Sequence record: NC_027399.1
Length of the DNA: 64,000 nt
Direction: 5' to 3' (one strand)
How positions within the stretch are numbered: position 1 is the first letter of the stretch; every line of letters begins with the position of its first letter. The notes beneath the pieces are model-generated. The model did no database searches and was not told where the DNA came from. It saw only the letters and a list, made by a program, of their open reading frames with translations. The translations under genes and the position numbers were made by a program. Shown here in pieces: positions 1 to 9,929 of this stretch.

Positions 1-74
1 TTAAAAATGTTTTTTTACTTACCATGTTAGTACATCGATAAAACAACCATGATATTTAATATAAAGGAAACGTT

Positions 75-329
75 ATGAAACAAATTTTTAAAACCATCTG
101 GAATTCACTGTTTAGTAAAAATACCAGTAATGTCGTTGATACTGTTGATAGTACTGTTACTACAAATACACAAAGTACATACATTCCGGTATATAGCGAT
201 GAAAATCCATTCTATACAGAAGAAGAGAAGAAACAATGGATTGAGGATGAGATTCGTTTACGCAAAGAAGAAGCAGAGCGTATGAAACTTGAAAAAAGTA
301 ATAAGAAATGCAACCAATGCAACAAATAA
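75..329 (+). CDS. hypothetical protein
   Basis: ORF with AAGGA SD; no recognised motif. Confidence 0.75.
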   Translation: MKQIFKTIWNSLFSKNTSNVVDTVDSTVTTNTQSTYIPVYSDENPFYTEEEKKQWIEDEIRLRKEEAERMKLEKSNKKCNQCNK

Positions 330-490
330 ATTCTGACTATTATTACAGTACTGTACAGTACAATATGTATTTAAGTTCTTTTATGAATTTAAAAACGAGT
401 TCAATAGACAAAGACGTATATGAAAGTATATTGGGTTGTTTGAATCATAGTATTCATAAATTATATAAATTAAAAGGTACGTTGGGATGA
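308..490 (+). CDS. hypothetical protein (C-terminal LYxLxGxL shared with 487 and 1416)
   Basis: Ends LYKLKGTLG; overlaps next gene by ATGA; start uncertain. Confidence 0.6.
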   Translation: MQPMQQINSDYYYSTVQYNMYLSSFMNLKTSSIDKDVYESILGCLNHSIHKLYKLKGTLG

Positions 491-669
491 TTGATAATTA
501 CCAACAAATAAAAATACTATCTGAGTATTATAAAATTGATACTAATTATATAGTACGGATGCCTGTAGAGTTGGATGAATCTTTACATAAGTGGAGATAT
601 TTTTCAGTATTAAATAATTTGAATTTTGTCATTAATAGTTTATATGAATTACAAGGTAAATTACCATGA
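487..669 (+). CDS. hypothetical protein (LYxLQGKLP C-terminus)
   Basis: Ends LYELQGKLP; ATGA coupling. Confidence 0.65.
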   Translation: MIDNYQQIKILSEYYKIDTNYIVRMPVELDESLHKWRYFSVLNNLNFVINSLYELQGKLP

Positions 670-1013
670 AATATAAACGATGTGATGATGGATATCTGGC
701 TGCCAGGTATTACAGTAAATTTGTATCTACAACTAACAAAGATGATTTGTTATTGCTTATGTTAGTAGGTACAATTAAACAAGAAATGGCGGTGGAAAGA
801 TATATCAACACGTTAATACATAAAATGGTACTGAAACACAGGCTGGTTAAGATCAGGACTATTGGTGGTTATGAACCTTATAAATTTGGTGTATTTTATC
901 TTGACAATACTAAATTAGCTGCTGCTGATTCTATTATAATTTGTGAGTCCATTGAAAAAGCAGTTCAGTACTGTAAAAATAATAATTATAGATTGATTGG
1001 TACAGAGGTATGA
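666..1013 (+). CDS. family C (LGTxxQ) protein with C-terminal extension
   Basis: LLMLVGTIKQEMAVERYINTLIHKM. Confidence 0.65.
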   Translation: MKYKRCDDGYLAARYYSKFVSTTNKDDLLLLMLVGTIKQEMAVERYINTLIHKMVLKHRLVKIRTIGGYEPYKFGVFYLDNTKLAAADSIIICESIEKAVQYCKNNNYRLIGTEV

Positions 1014-1016
1014 ATT

Positions 1017-1259
1017 ATGATGAGTTTAAAATTTTATGACCATTTACCAAAAAGTATTAAATTCAGTAATATACAATATTATACATTAGAAGATTGGGAA
1101 ATGCATTATCGAAAGATACTCGGTTTTTCTTTGGGATTTGAAGAAACTGAGTACCAGGAAATACATTATAATTATTATATTGAAATATTAAAATGTATGA
1201 TACATAAAGATTATGAAATTTTAATTTCCAGATATATAGTGACGAGTAAAAATGGATAA
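1017..1259 (+). CDS. divergent family C protein
   Basis: ETEYQEIHYNYYIEIL resembles GTxYQxxxxxYIxxL. Confidence 0.55.
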   Translation: MMSLKFYDHLPKSIKFSNIQYYTLEDWEMHYRKILGFSLGFEETEYQEIHYNYYIEILKCMIHKDYEILISRYIVTSKNG

Positions 1260-1419
1260 AGAAACAAAGAAGAAATTAACTGAACTTATTGAAGCATCTA
1301 TTAATGCTGAGGGTGCTTTCTTTGAACACTACGATAAGTATGATAAAAAAGGACGAGTATTGTGGGAGAAGCGTAATAGTACCAGGAAGGAGTTGGATGA
1401 ATTTATTTCTAAATTGTGA
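1252..1419 (+). CDS. small hypothetical protein (55 aa, not in ORF track)
   Basis: Manual translation MDKETKKKLTELIEAS...DEFISKL; GTGA overlap with next ORF. Confidence 0.6.
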   Translation: MDKETKKKLTELIEASINAEGAFFEHYDKYDKKGRVLWEKRNSTRKELDEFISKL

Positions 1420-1634
1420 GGAAATTAGTGAATAGTCCAAATGGTCGTGCATCTATATCCCAACTATATTTGTATAATCTTAAATTATCTTATATTATAA
1501 AATCAATAAAAACTCAAAATAACTTCATTGGTTTGCCTAATTATGTAAGAGAAATGGAGATAGATTCATTTGTTAAGGATATGATAGAAATATATAAAAT
1601 TCAAGGTAAGTTACCACCGTTTGATGCGTTGTAA
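1416..1634 (+). CDS. hypothetical protein (IYKIQGKLP C-terminus)
   Basis: Similar C-terminus to 308 and 487. Confidence 0.6.
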   Translation: MRKLVNSPNGRASISQLYLYNLKLSYIIKSIKTQNNFIGLPNYVREMEIDSFVKDMIEIYKIQGKLPPFDAL

Positions 1635-1675
1635 TACTATTCACTTCATCCCCACCGTGTGTCTTTTTTAAACAC

Positions 1676-1704
1676 TTGACTTCCAGTCAAATCTGTGTTA
1701 TTGT
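1676..1704 (+). promoter_or_regulatory. sigma70-type promoter
   Basis: TTGACT-17bp-TATTGT. Confidence 0.6.
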
Positions 1705-1736
1705 TATCATTGTAATAATAAAAATGGTACAATATA

Positions 1737-2021
1737 ATGACCAAAAGTGAATACTATTCTGTACTGAATATTCAGGAAGCGTGCAAAGGTTTATACTTTA
1801 CTCCTTATACTGAAGTTATGCGTTCTGTGTTACACTCATTACAGATGGAATTTAATGCAAAGTACAAAGGGACACCCATTTCCATAAAATGTTATAATGA
1901 AGATTTTGGTGTTTTAATTAATAGTTATAGTATAACATTTATTGTTTGTTATTTTGAAACATCGGGTTCTATAGCAGTGACAAGAAAATATTTTGATTCT
2001 GATACAAAGATTAGGAAATAA
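1737..2021 (+). CDS. family B protein
   Basis: LQMEFNAKYKGTPISI. Confidence 0.7.
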   Translation: MTKSEYYSVLNIQEACKGLYFTPYTEVMRSVLHSLQMEFNAKYKGTPISIKCYNEDFGVLINSYSITFIVCYFETSGSIAVTRKYFDSDTKIRK

Positions 2022-2081
2022 AAATGGTGTAATCTTTTATACATCCAACAATCTTTAAAAATAACGGGTAATTACTGTATC

Positions 2082-2357
2082 ATGACTGAACAAGAATACA
2101 AATGCACAACGCATGTAATCGGAGTATTAGGTGATATTGAATCAAAGTATCGCAGTACAATGCTTACTATCTTATCAATGCTACAAGCTGATTTTAATAA
2201 AAAGTACGCACAAAGAAAAGTACAAATAACTGTAGGTTCAGGTGTTAAAACCAAAACAATCAAGGGGTATTGTATTGGATTTAGATATGTGTATTTTACT
2301 ATTACCAAAGGATATAAAAGAGTGTATTTCAATGAATTCATTACTTTGTGTTCATAA
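2082..2357 (+). CDS. family B protein
   Basis: LQADFNKKYAQRKVQI. Confidence 0.7.
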   Translation: MTEQEYKCTTHVIGVLGDIESKYRSTMLTILSMLQADFNKKYAQRKVQITVGSGVKTKTIKGYCIGFRYVYFTITKGYKRVYFNEFITLCS

Positions 2358-2366
2358 AGAGGGATT

Positions 2367-2633
2367 ATGAAAAGAGATAAACATTATAAACAAATTGAAT
2401 TCATTTATAAACTCGCACGAAATAGTGATGCTTACACTTATATTTCTTATGAATCATATCTCAAAGAAGTTGTTGTTTTGTATCTTAAAAAGTACAAATC
2501 AAAAAAGGTTGATTCTGGTACTTACATCATAGACGATATTAAATTTTTATACGGCGAACTTCGTGTATACCAGAGAAGAGTAAGCGACGGTATGCTTTTG
2601 TGGGATTCTATATGGAATACAAAAATAGATTAA
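2367..2633 (+). CDS. probable family B protein
   Basis: VLYLKKYKSKKV; GAGG SD. Confidence 0.6.
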   Translation: MKRDKHYKQIEFIYKLARNSDAYTYISYESYLKEVVVLYLKKYKSKKVDSGTYIIDDIKFLYGELRVYQRRVSDGMLLWDSIWNTKID

Positions 2634-2635
2634 TT

Positions 2636-3064
2636 ATGAAAACATTAGAAGAATTAATTAGAATAAGTAAAAATATCATTTATATTAACAATGTATTCAG
2701 TACCGGAAAAGGTCATCTTATTATTGATGATGTTGAGTACTTTTATTCACACTTTTCTCATGTATGGTACAAATCATTCTATGTTCGTGGTTTTGATCCT
2801 CTGTGGGATTGTATTTCTTATTCCAGGAGTTTTAGTACAGTCACGACTATTACTTCTATACAGGAACATAATCACATTCTCGATTGTTCAGAATTTGATT
2901 TAAGTGAAGAGATGATTTTTCAGTACAGTACCATGTATTCCAATACTGAACTGGAAGCTATATTCGTTAAAGTGTACCTGGATAAATTCACTGATATAGA
3001 TGAATTTTGTATAAATCTCTCACAATACCCTTCGTATTGCGAAAAACTTGGATTAATACCATGA
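2636..3064 (+). CDS. family A (FQxS module) protein
   Basis: LSEEMIFQYSTMYSNTEL; start moved to ATG 2636. Confidence 0.75.
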   Translation: MKTLEELIRISKNIIYINNVFSTGKGHLIIDDVEYFYSHFSHVWYKSFYVRGFDPLWDCISYSRSFSTVTTITSIQEHNHILDCSEFDLSEEMIFQYSTMYSNTELEAIFVKVYLDKFTDIDEFCINLSQYPSYCEKLGLIP

Positions 3065-3477
3065 GTTACAGAAGTTCATTATTTTTTGCACAAAAGGTAT
3101 ACTATACCGTTCAGTGCTTTTATAATTCCGAATTTGATAATACAGTACTAAAAAAGACAGGAAATGACAGTGTATTTGATTACTACGATTATCAGAATTT
3201 ATTTTTTGGTTATCCGGTCTTCAATACTACACAGATGGATTGTCATATTTCTCTTGATTTTTCTTTTATGACATTCAATTCAAATAACATAGACTATATG
3301 TCACTCGATTCCGTGGTTAGATTAAATTCTGATAACATAGTGTTAATTCATAATAGCGAGGATTATGATTTCTTTAGTAATTCTTATACTGAAAAAGAAT
3401 TGTTTGTTTGTACTGTATTTTCGTACCTAATTCTTAACAAATGTAAACCATTCTATCTGGATTTGAGTATAATTTAA
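3061..3477 (+). CDS. family A-related protein (paralog of 4077)
   Basis: Shares SLFxAxKxYxTxQxFYNS and TxFSYLxxxKCxPFYxDLxII with 4077-4472; lacks FQxS core. Confidence 0.75.
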   Translation: MSYRSSLFFAQKVYYTVQCFYNSEFDNTVLKKTGNDSVFDYYDYQNLFFGYPVFNTTQMDCHISLDFSFMTFNSNNIDYMSLDSVVRLNSDNIVLIHNSEDYDFFSNSYTEKELFVCTVFSYLILNKCKPFYLDLSII

Positions 3478-3496
3478 AGAGGGGATTTTCATTATC

Positions 3497-4077
3497 ATGC
3501 TAGAGAATTNTTCCCTACAAAAGAGGAAGTTGGATTAGGTCATGTATCAGATTTGGATTATGATATTTACGTTGCTATGGTAATTGTTGGTCAAGCAAAA
3601 AATGTTCATGAAGTACATGAACGATTTACAAAACTAGAGAATGAAAGAAATTATACAAATGAATTGAAATCTGAACCTGAAATACAAGGTAGATTGTTTA
3701 TTGTAAAAAATACAAGAACATTAGAATTAATTTTGATACCTACTAAAGAAACATTTAATGAGATATCAAAAACCGAAGAATATCTTTTGAATAATCATGG
3801 AATTTCTTATAAATCAAAAGACTGGATTATAGACACAGTACTGTACGTTTCTCGCAAAGATAGAGGATTAACAAGAGTACATGATTTATATTCTTCTGTT
3901 CTAAAAATTGTTACACCAAATGAATTTGGAATATTCAGTCCAGAACAATATGATATAATCATGAACTGTATTAATGATAAAATATCAAGATGTTATAATC
4001 GTTGTGTATATCCAAATGGATATCATAGTAATAAAAATTTTCACTACAAATACAATGAAATATGGAATAAAGTATAA
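3497..4077 (+). CDS. hypothetical protein, reading frame broken by ambiguous base at 3510
   Basis: SD AGAGGGG + ATG 3497 joins the 3553-4077 frame if n stands for 2 nt. Confidence 0.6.
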
Positions 4078-4472
4078 TGAACAATAAAGAGTCCCTTTTT
4101 CTTGCTAAAAAGATATACAACACAGCACAACTTTTTTATAATTCAAGTTTCAACTGTACTGGATTTAAGAGAAGTTTTGTGGGGCTGGATTATGAATACA
4201 AATTTTCCAATTTAATTGTTTTCAGTACTGAAAATACATATGGCTGTTTCTTTTCTTTTAAAAAAAATATTATAATTTTTGATAATGAATTCGCCGGTAT
4301 AATTGAATGTGAATACGAAGATGGAACACGTAATTATCTTTCCCGTATAATGAATTTACATCAACAGTGCCAACCTGTGAATACAAAGGATAATATGTCA
4401 GTACTGACAATTTTTTCGTACTTAGCCCAGATGAAGTGTCAACCATTCTATATGGATTTACGCATAATTTAG
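4077..4472 (+). CDS. family A-related protein (paralog of 3061)
   Basis: See 3061; ends KCQPFYMDLRII. Confidence 0.75.
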   Translation: MNNKESLFLAKKIYNTAQLFYNSSFNCTGFKRSFVGLDYEYKFSNLIVFSTENTYGCFFSFKKNIIIFDNEFAGIIECEYEDGTRNYLSRIMNLHQQCQPVNTKDNMSVLTIFSYLAQMKCQPFYMDLRII

Positions 4473-4548
4473 GGGGTATATTTTGTGTTAAAAATTCACT
4501 GTCACAACGGTATATTTTTTTTGTAACACTGCAATACATAACGGAAAG

Positions 4549-4782
4549 TTGATTTATCATAAAAGTGAGGATTCTTTTTATTATACCCATGTGAATTCTG
4601 AAAAAATGCACAAAATTATTGATTATTCAGGATTACAAGAGGATGAACTTTTCCAGATGCATTTAGTATATGATAAAGTACTTAATTTGGATTTTTACAC
4701 TTTAACATATATTCAGACCAAAATGCGAGAATTATCAAAAATTTATACTGCTGATTTTAAGATTATAACACCTGAAATATAA
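4549..4782 (+). CDS. family A protein (short)
   Basis: DYSGLQEDELFQMHLVYD. Confidence 0.65.
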   Translation: MIYHKSEDSFYYTHVNSEKMHKIIDYSGLQEDELFQMHLVYDKVLNLDFYTLTYIQTKMRELSKIYTADFKIITPEI

Positions 4783-4783
4783 G

Positions 4784-5119
4784 ATGAATAAAAATATAAG
4801 AACCAATAATATTATGTGGTGCACTGTATATAAACTGATTTATACTACTTATGCTCTTATACGATTAGTTAGCAAAAATAATACAAAAATCGATGTTTAT
4901 TTCTATAATGACGGTACCAAAGAACATTACTTAACAGAGGGTAATGATATATATGAAATTCACGATTTATCCTCTTTGAGCACAGAAGAACATTTCCAAT
5001 TACTCACAGTATGGGATTATAAAACAGATATTGATTTTGTTATTTCTGCACATAAACGCATAGAGGAACTTAAAAAGGATGAGTTTTTCAATCGTGTCGA
5101 TACAGTGATTGAATATTAA
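4784..5119 (+). CDS. family A protein
   Basis: DLSSLSTEEHFQLLTVWD. Confidence 0.7.
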   Translation: MNKNIRTNNIMWCTVYKLIYTTYALIRLVSKNNTKIDVYFYNDGTKEHYLTEGNDIYEIHDLSSLSTEEHFQLLTVWDYKTDIDFVISAHKRIEELKKDEFFNRVDTVIEY

Positions 5120-5286
5120 AACAGCGTACAAAAAAATGATTTATGATAAAAATGTTGAGTATATAACCCAGTTCATAGTACTATCATACACCAGATATGG
5201 CAGTTCTGGTTCCAGGTATATTGATAGTATACTTAAACAACATATTGAGTTTAATGTTATCAATAACAAGAAAGGTTAATATAGAA

Positions 5287-5751
5287 ATGGGTTTTGATAC
5301 AAGAGAAGGTGCACTCTTTTATGCAAATCAAATATGTAATTTAGTTTTGTATTACAAAAGTAATGAAAATTTATTAGATGAATATAAATGTTTGTATTCT
5401 AAAGTCGATGATGTATTAAGAATTTCTTTAGAAATAGAACACAAAAACCCATTCCCTGAATCAATTATTGATTTTCAAGAAAAATATATTAATTATATTC
5501 CAGGTAAAGAATGTGAATTAATTCTTTCCGATGTATTTGGTCATAGTATCAAAATCGATCCCAGTGTTCTAAATGAAGAATTGAATACCAGTACAGAAGA
5601 AGGTTATTTCCAGAAGAGTACTATATACAATTCTGATGAATTGTTCTGCATTATTCTTTTTGAAAATATAGTACGTAAAATTCCTTTTCAATTCTACATT
5701 GATTTGGAAACAATTAATGACCTAATAAAAGAGAAAAATTATGCGATATAA
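5287..5751 (+). CDS. family A protein
   Basis: STEEGYFQKSTIYNSDEL...FYIDL; ATG 5287 has AAGGT SD. Confidence 0.75.
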   Translation: MGFDTREGALFYANQICNLVLYYKSNENLLDEYKCLYSKVDDVLRISLEIEHKNPFPESIIDFQEKYINYIPGKECELILSDVFGHSIKIDPSVLNEELNTSTEEGYFQKSTIYNSDELFCIILFENIVRKIPFQFYIDLETINDLIKEKNYAI

Positions 5752-6076
5752 AATATACAAAAGCGACCTCCTTGTTGTAGCTGAATACATTTGTGATGAT
5801 ATGTTCAATATGTTCAAAAATGAACATGATTTTATTTTAAATTTAAGTACTAAAAAATTTAAGTTGAACTATTATGGTTCATATGAATTATCTGAACACT
5901 ATTCAATTGATTTAAATGATTGTACTCAGATGCAGGACGATGAATTGTTTCAATACTCTTTAATTTTTGATTTTAATTTATTAAGTTTAAAGGATATTGT
6001 ATCGCTTCAAAAAGAAATGCTTACTATACAAGATGATACATATGGCACTAAAGAAATTAATTTTATTGACTTTTGA
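5741..6076 (+). CDS. family A protein
   Basis: DCTQMQDDELFQYSLIFD. Confidence 0.75.
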   Translation: MRYKIYKSDLLVVAEYICDDMFNMFKNEHDFILNLSTKKFKLNYYGSYELSEHYSIDLNDCTQMQDDELFQYSLIFDFNLLSLKDIVSLQKEMLTIQDDTYGTKEINFIDF

Positions 6077-6137
6077 ATGTATACGTGATAATATATGTGG
6101 GATGGGTGATATAAAACCATAAAAAGAGGAATATATA

Positions 6138-6503
6138 GTGCATACAACTCAAGAAATACAAATAAAATTAAAAATTAATAATTATTATAATAATACAGTT
6201 AGTGCTTCATATAATGAAGAAGTTTTGTACGAAATAAATTATTCCATGAATGATTCCATTTTTACATTTCGTGAGTACAATGGTATCACTTTAATAAGAT
6301 CTTATATAATTCCAGTTATTGATTATACCGAAATGCAAGATGATGAATTGTTTCAGTACTCTTTAATATACGATCTGGAACATGTTATCCCCTTTGACTC
6401 TATGGTTGAATTGCAGGGTATTATGAAATTACGTACACAACTACAAGGAGAGATTGAATACACATTTAACACAATGAATAAGAAGAATTATTATGTACAA
6501 TGA
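6138..6503 (+). CDS. family A protein
   Basis: DYTEMQDDELFQYSLIYD; GAGG SD. Confidence 0.75.
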   Translation: MHTTQEIQIKLKINNYYNNTVSASYNEEVLYEINYSMNDSIFTFREYNGITLIRSYIIPVIDYTEMQDDELFQYSLIYDLEHVIPFDSMVELQGIMKLRTQLQGEIEYTFNTMNKKNYYVQ

Positions 6504-6732
6504 ATGTATTAAATCTCACATAGAAAAAATAACTCTAATGTCTCCTGAGTATTTTACTTTACGAAATGCAAAAATTTATCGTAAAATACAAAAAGATGTT
6601 GTTAATTATTATCTTTCATTGTACTGCAATGGAACTAAATCAAATTATATCATAATAGATATAAGGTCTATAATTGATGGTACATTTAGTATCCAGTACA
6701 GAGTGTACCAAAGGAGTTACAATCATGACTAG
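6493..6732 (+). CDS. hypothetical protein (possible family B)
   Basis: Coupled ORF; weak similarity. Confidence 0.55.
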   Translation: MYNECIKSHIEKITLMSPEYFTLRNAKIYRKIQKDVVNYYLSLYCNGTKSNYIIIDIRSIIDGTFSIQYRVYQRSYNHD

Positions 6733-7006
6733 AGATGAATATTTTGTATTGCAATGCATCAATTCATTTTACTACGATATTACGATTAATTACAAATACA
6801 GGGAAGTATTATTCGAGTATATTTGTGAAGCAGAGGAGTACTACAACAAAAAAATAAAAGGTGCACCATGCACAATAAAAAACATAAATGAAGATGCTAT
6901 ACTGGAGAATATACACTGTATTGGATTTAAACATATATTATTCACTGTATATATGTTTAATCTAAAGAATTCAACAATAACTCGATACGAGAATATAGAA
7001 TTTTGA
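6725..7006 (+). CDS. family B protein
   Basis: EEYYNKKIKG; AAGGAG SD before ATG 6725. Confidence 0.7.
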   Translation: MTRDEYFVLQCINSFYYDITINYKYREVLFEYICEAEEYYNKKIKGAPCTIKNINEDAILENIHCIGFKHILFTVYMFNLKNSTITRYENIEF

Positions 7007-7227
7007 AAACAACAAAAAATATATCAAAACAACAAAGTACTGATCTCATGTTTAAAGCTTATTTACAAGTGGAATTGGAAAGTAGTACTTCTCCAGAGTG
7101 GTCGAGTTATCGTTTATCTGAATTGTTCATGTTGTATCATTTGGGTACTACGAGTCAGGATGAAATGTCTGAGTTTTACATTTATGCACTTATACATAAA
7201 ATGAATTATGTACACAAGGGTAAGTAA
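7003..7227 (+). CDS. family C protein
   Basis: LFMLYHLGTTSQDEMSEFYIYALIHKM. Confidence 0.7.
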   Translation: MKTTKNISKQQSTDLMFKAYLQVELESSTSPEWSSYRLSELFMLYHLGTTSQDEMSEFYIYALIHKMNYVHKGK

Positions 7228-7431
7228 ATGAAAACATTAACAATTCCGCAGTGGGCTAATTTATATGATTATTATCATGAAAAATACAAAACCAATTGCA
7301 AATCCAGTAAAGACGTGATAAGATGTATTGAAGTGACATTGATTGCTTCACTTGGTACAGATAAACAAACATATTGTGTAGAGCAATATGTTGCAATGCT
7401 AATTGATTACACAAAGGAGTTTCAACATTAG
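7228..7431 (+). CDS. family C protein
   Basis: TLIASLGTDKQTYCVEQYVAMLIDY. Confidence 0.7.
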   Translation: MKTLTIPQWANLYDYYHEKYKTNCKSSKDVIRCIEVTLIASLGTDKQTYCVEQYVAMLIDYTKEFQH

Positions 7432-7861
7432 TACAAATTTATCAAGTGCAGAATTAGATTTTTTGGTACGTAAATGTGATCCTTATGTCCAAAAATTACT
7501 AAAGAAATGTAAAACATATTCATACACAAATGTTAAATTACAGTTTGAATTTACTACAATAAAAATTTATTCCTGTGTGTTAATTGATTCTGATATTATA
7601 CCAAAAAGAAGTTCATGTGAAATTCCTTTGGAAATCTTTTATAAGAAACATTATAAATTATTAAAGAAGTTGAATTATATTCAGTACTACAGTAATGCTC
7701 ATTTGTTTACTGAATTACGATGTATGTATGATCAGTACCTTGAAAGCATGGGGGTATCTATTGACGATTTTGATGGATATCCTTTAAGTACTGAACAGAT
7801 TAATTTATACAAATTTGTTTTTAATTTTAATTGTTCATTTTTAAGGAATGAATTAATATGA
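7403..7861 (+). CDS. hypothetical protein
   Basis: 152-aa ORF in operon; start uncertain. Confidence 0.65.
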   Translation: MITQRSFNISTNLSSAELDFLVRKCDPYVQKLLKKCKTYSYTNVKLQFEFTTIKIYSCVLIDSDIIPKRSSCEIPLEIFYKKHYKLLKKLNYIQYYSNAHLFTELRCMYDQYLESMGVSIDDFDGYPLSTEQINLYKFVFNFNCSFLRNELI

Positions 7862-8196
7862 AAAACGAATTGCGTGGTTTATTGAGTACTCAATCGTTTC
7901 TTAAACAAATATTCACGGAAGAAATGGATTTTATCAGGAGAGAATTACTAAATCAATTGTTTGATAGTACTATTAAAAATTTTGCAAATGATTTTACAGT
8001 AATCAATAAAGATAAAATCGTATCAATTAAAATTCTGGTATGTAATACAAATACAAATACATTTGAATACATAAAATCAGATTTTGTTATAAATGAATTT
8101 ATTTGTTCTTTATTCAATGCTACCTGTCTTGTTGATAGTGTTGAGGGTTACAGCAGAATAACACGAGTACATTGTAAATTAATAGTAGGTATGTAA
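7858..8196 (+). CDS. hypothetical protein (possible family B)
   Basis: ATGA coupling. Confidence 0.65.
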   Translation: MKNELRGLLSTQSFLKQIFTEEMDFIRRELLNQLFDSTIKNFANDFTVINKDKIVSIKILVCNTNTNTFEYIKSDFVINEFICSLFNATCLVDSVEGYSRITRVHCKLIVGM

Positions 8197-8468
8197 TGCA
8201 AAAATATGAATTTGACTCAGTACATATCATCATAAGTACTTTATGGGATATGGATCCTTCTTATACCACAGTGTATTATAAAATATTCTCTTCAATACAA
8301 GATGATTTTAATAAAAAATACGCACAAAAAGAAGTACTCATAGAATCGAATAATAAAGTAATAAAAGAAAAAATATCGTACTACATTATTTCCTTTGGTG
8401 TATTGAAATTTATTTGTACAAATACATTTAGTAGACAATACTTCAGCGACAGGTGTCAATTATTATGA
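8196..8468 (+). CDS. family B protein
   Basis: IQDDFNKKYAQKEVLI (close to 2082). Confidence 0.7.
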   Translation: MQKYEFDSVHIIISTLWDMDPSYTTVYYKIFSSIQDDFNKKYAQKEVLIESNNKVIKEKISYYIISFGVLKFICTNTFSRQYFSDRCQLL

Positions 8469-8764
8469 CTAAAGAAGAATATATGAAAGTTTTGTTCATT
8501 AAAGAAATTTTTGTCCAAATGGTATTGGGTACTGATTATTTGTACAAAAATGCATTCATTAACATTCTTGAAGTACTACAAGATGATTTTGATTCAAAGT
8601 ATAATGGAATGAAAATAAATTACAAAACATATAATCAGGATTATATTAAAATTATCAAAAAATATACAATTAATTTAAGTTCTGTAAATTTTGAAACTGC
8701 ACTTGGAATGAGGTTTAAACATTTTGATTATTATTTGATTCCTATGGGATTTAAAGATGAATAA
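8465..8764 (+). CDS. family B protein
   Basis: LQDDFDSKYNGMKINY. Confidence 0.7.
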   Translation: MTKEEYMKVLFIKEIFVQMVLGTDYLYKNAFINILEVLQDDFDSKYNGMKINYKTYNQDYIKIIKKYTINLSSVNFETALGMRFKHFDYYLIPMGFKDE

Positions 8765-9058
8765 ATTCGAATACCAATCAATACAATTAATTAAAGAGTA
8801 TTCAAATTCTTTACACAGTTCTTTAATTTTTAAAAATAATAATTATTCCACTAAAATTTGTGATATAATTAATAATNTAAATGTATATCTAAAGAATTTT
8901 CTACAAAATATAAGAATAAAAATATAAAAACCGATGTAGATGTTTTTGTAATAGTTGGTTTCATTATACAACAAGATTTATGTGTTGTAAAATCACTAGC
9001 GAATAGTACTAATTATTTCTTTAATTGTAAATCCCTTATAGAAGGTGAACTTTTGTGA
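8757..9058 (+). CDS. family B protein, frame broken by ambiguous base at 8877 (not in ORF track)
   Basis: MNKFEYQ...IINN joins KCISKEFSTKYKNKNI...EGELL if n stands for 2 nt; GTGA overlap with 9055. Confidence 0.55.
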
Positions 9059-9393
9059 ATAAACCAAACATTTATCTGGAATTTGATAACAACATAAAGC
9101 AAGTTAATATGTTGAGATCAATTTTAAGAGATTGTTATATAGAAGCATATTACTACAAGAACTGGAATACTAAAATGTATTCTAATACATTATATTACTC
9201 ATTCAATGAATATTTAGATTACATTTCAGAAGAATTCAATGAAAAATATAATTCAATTGTACTTACCTACAATTCAAAAGAACATGTACTGAATAATATA
9301 GAAATGAGTTTGAAATTTATCACATTACATTTATCCAGTTCAGAATCACCAACGACAATTATTATTCATCCTTCATATCTGGATAAAATATAA
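9055..9393 (+). CDS. family B protein
   Basis: ISEEFNEKYNSIVL. Confidence 0.7.
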   Translation: MNKPNIYLEFDNNIKQVNMLRSILRDCYIEAYYYKNWNTKMYSNTLYYSFNEYLDYISEEFNEKYNSIVLTYNSKEHVLNNIEMSLKFITLHLSSSESPTTIIIHPSYLDKI

Positions 9394-9596
9394 TGAATGA
9401 TTTGGATTCACTGTTGTGGTATACTTTATCTGTTCTTTCATTTGAACGTGATAAACACAAAGTACGAGCTTCTAAAAATCCAGACATATTACAGAAAAAG
9501 AAAGAATACGCATTAGTGTATTCTTTGGAAAAATCATTTATTTCTATGCATCTGGAATACAGAGAATACATAACATCAAATGGTATTAAAAAATGA
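9393..9596 (+). CDS. hypothetical protein
   Basis: Coupled small ORF. Confidence 0.6.
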   Translation: MNDLDSLLWYTLSVLSFERDKHKVRASKNPDILQKKKEYALVYSLEKSFISMHLEYREYITSNGIKK

Positions 9597-9928
9597 AATA
9601 TAAATCCATAGTACACAAAAGATTTAAGTCAATATATTACACGGAAATTAATGTTCATAAAAAAGTAAAAGGTATTGATTTTTATATTGATAAAGTATAT
9701 CTGGATTATGATGTAGTTACTAATACATTCGAATGTACAGACCTCTTTGATTCAATACCAGTACCTAACTTGGCTGAATTGAGTGAAGAAGAAGAATTTC
9801 AGTACTCATTAGTATATGAAGATATATGGGGATTTAAATGGGATTATTATCGAATGGTGTCTTATCAAAAAGCACTAATATCCTCTATAAAAAAACAAAA
9901 TTACTTATTAATTAATCTGGAATATTAA
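9593..9928 (+). CDS. family A protein
   Basis: NLAELSEEEEFQYSLVYE. Confidence 0.75.
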   Translation: MKYKSIVHKRFKSIYYTEINVHKKVKGIDFYIDKVYLDYDVVTNTFECTDLFDSIPVPNLAELSEEEEFQYSLVYEDIWGFKWDYYRMVSYQKALISSIKKQNYLLINLEY

Positions 9929-9929
9929 T

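Noticed and set aside
341-364. Local tandem TACAGTACTGTACAGTACA repeat
   Set aside because: It is explained as a dense instance of the window-wide GTAC enrichment inside a coding region.
3497-3552. Apparent frameshift/pseudogene at 3510
   Set aside because: The break coincides with an ambiguous n; reading n as 2 nt restores one ORF with a good SD, so an assembly artefact is likely.
8757-9058. Apparent 290-bp intergenic gap or pseudogene
   Set aside because: An n at 8877 breaks a family B ORF; a 2-nt fill restores it.
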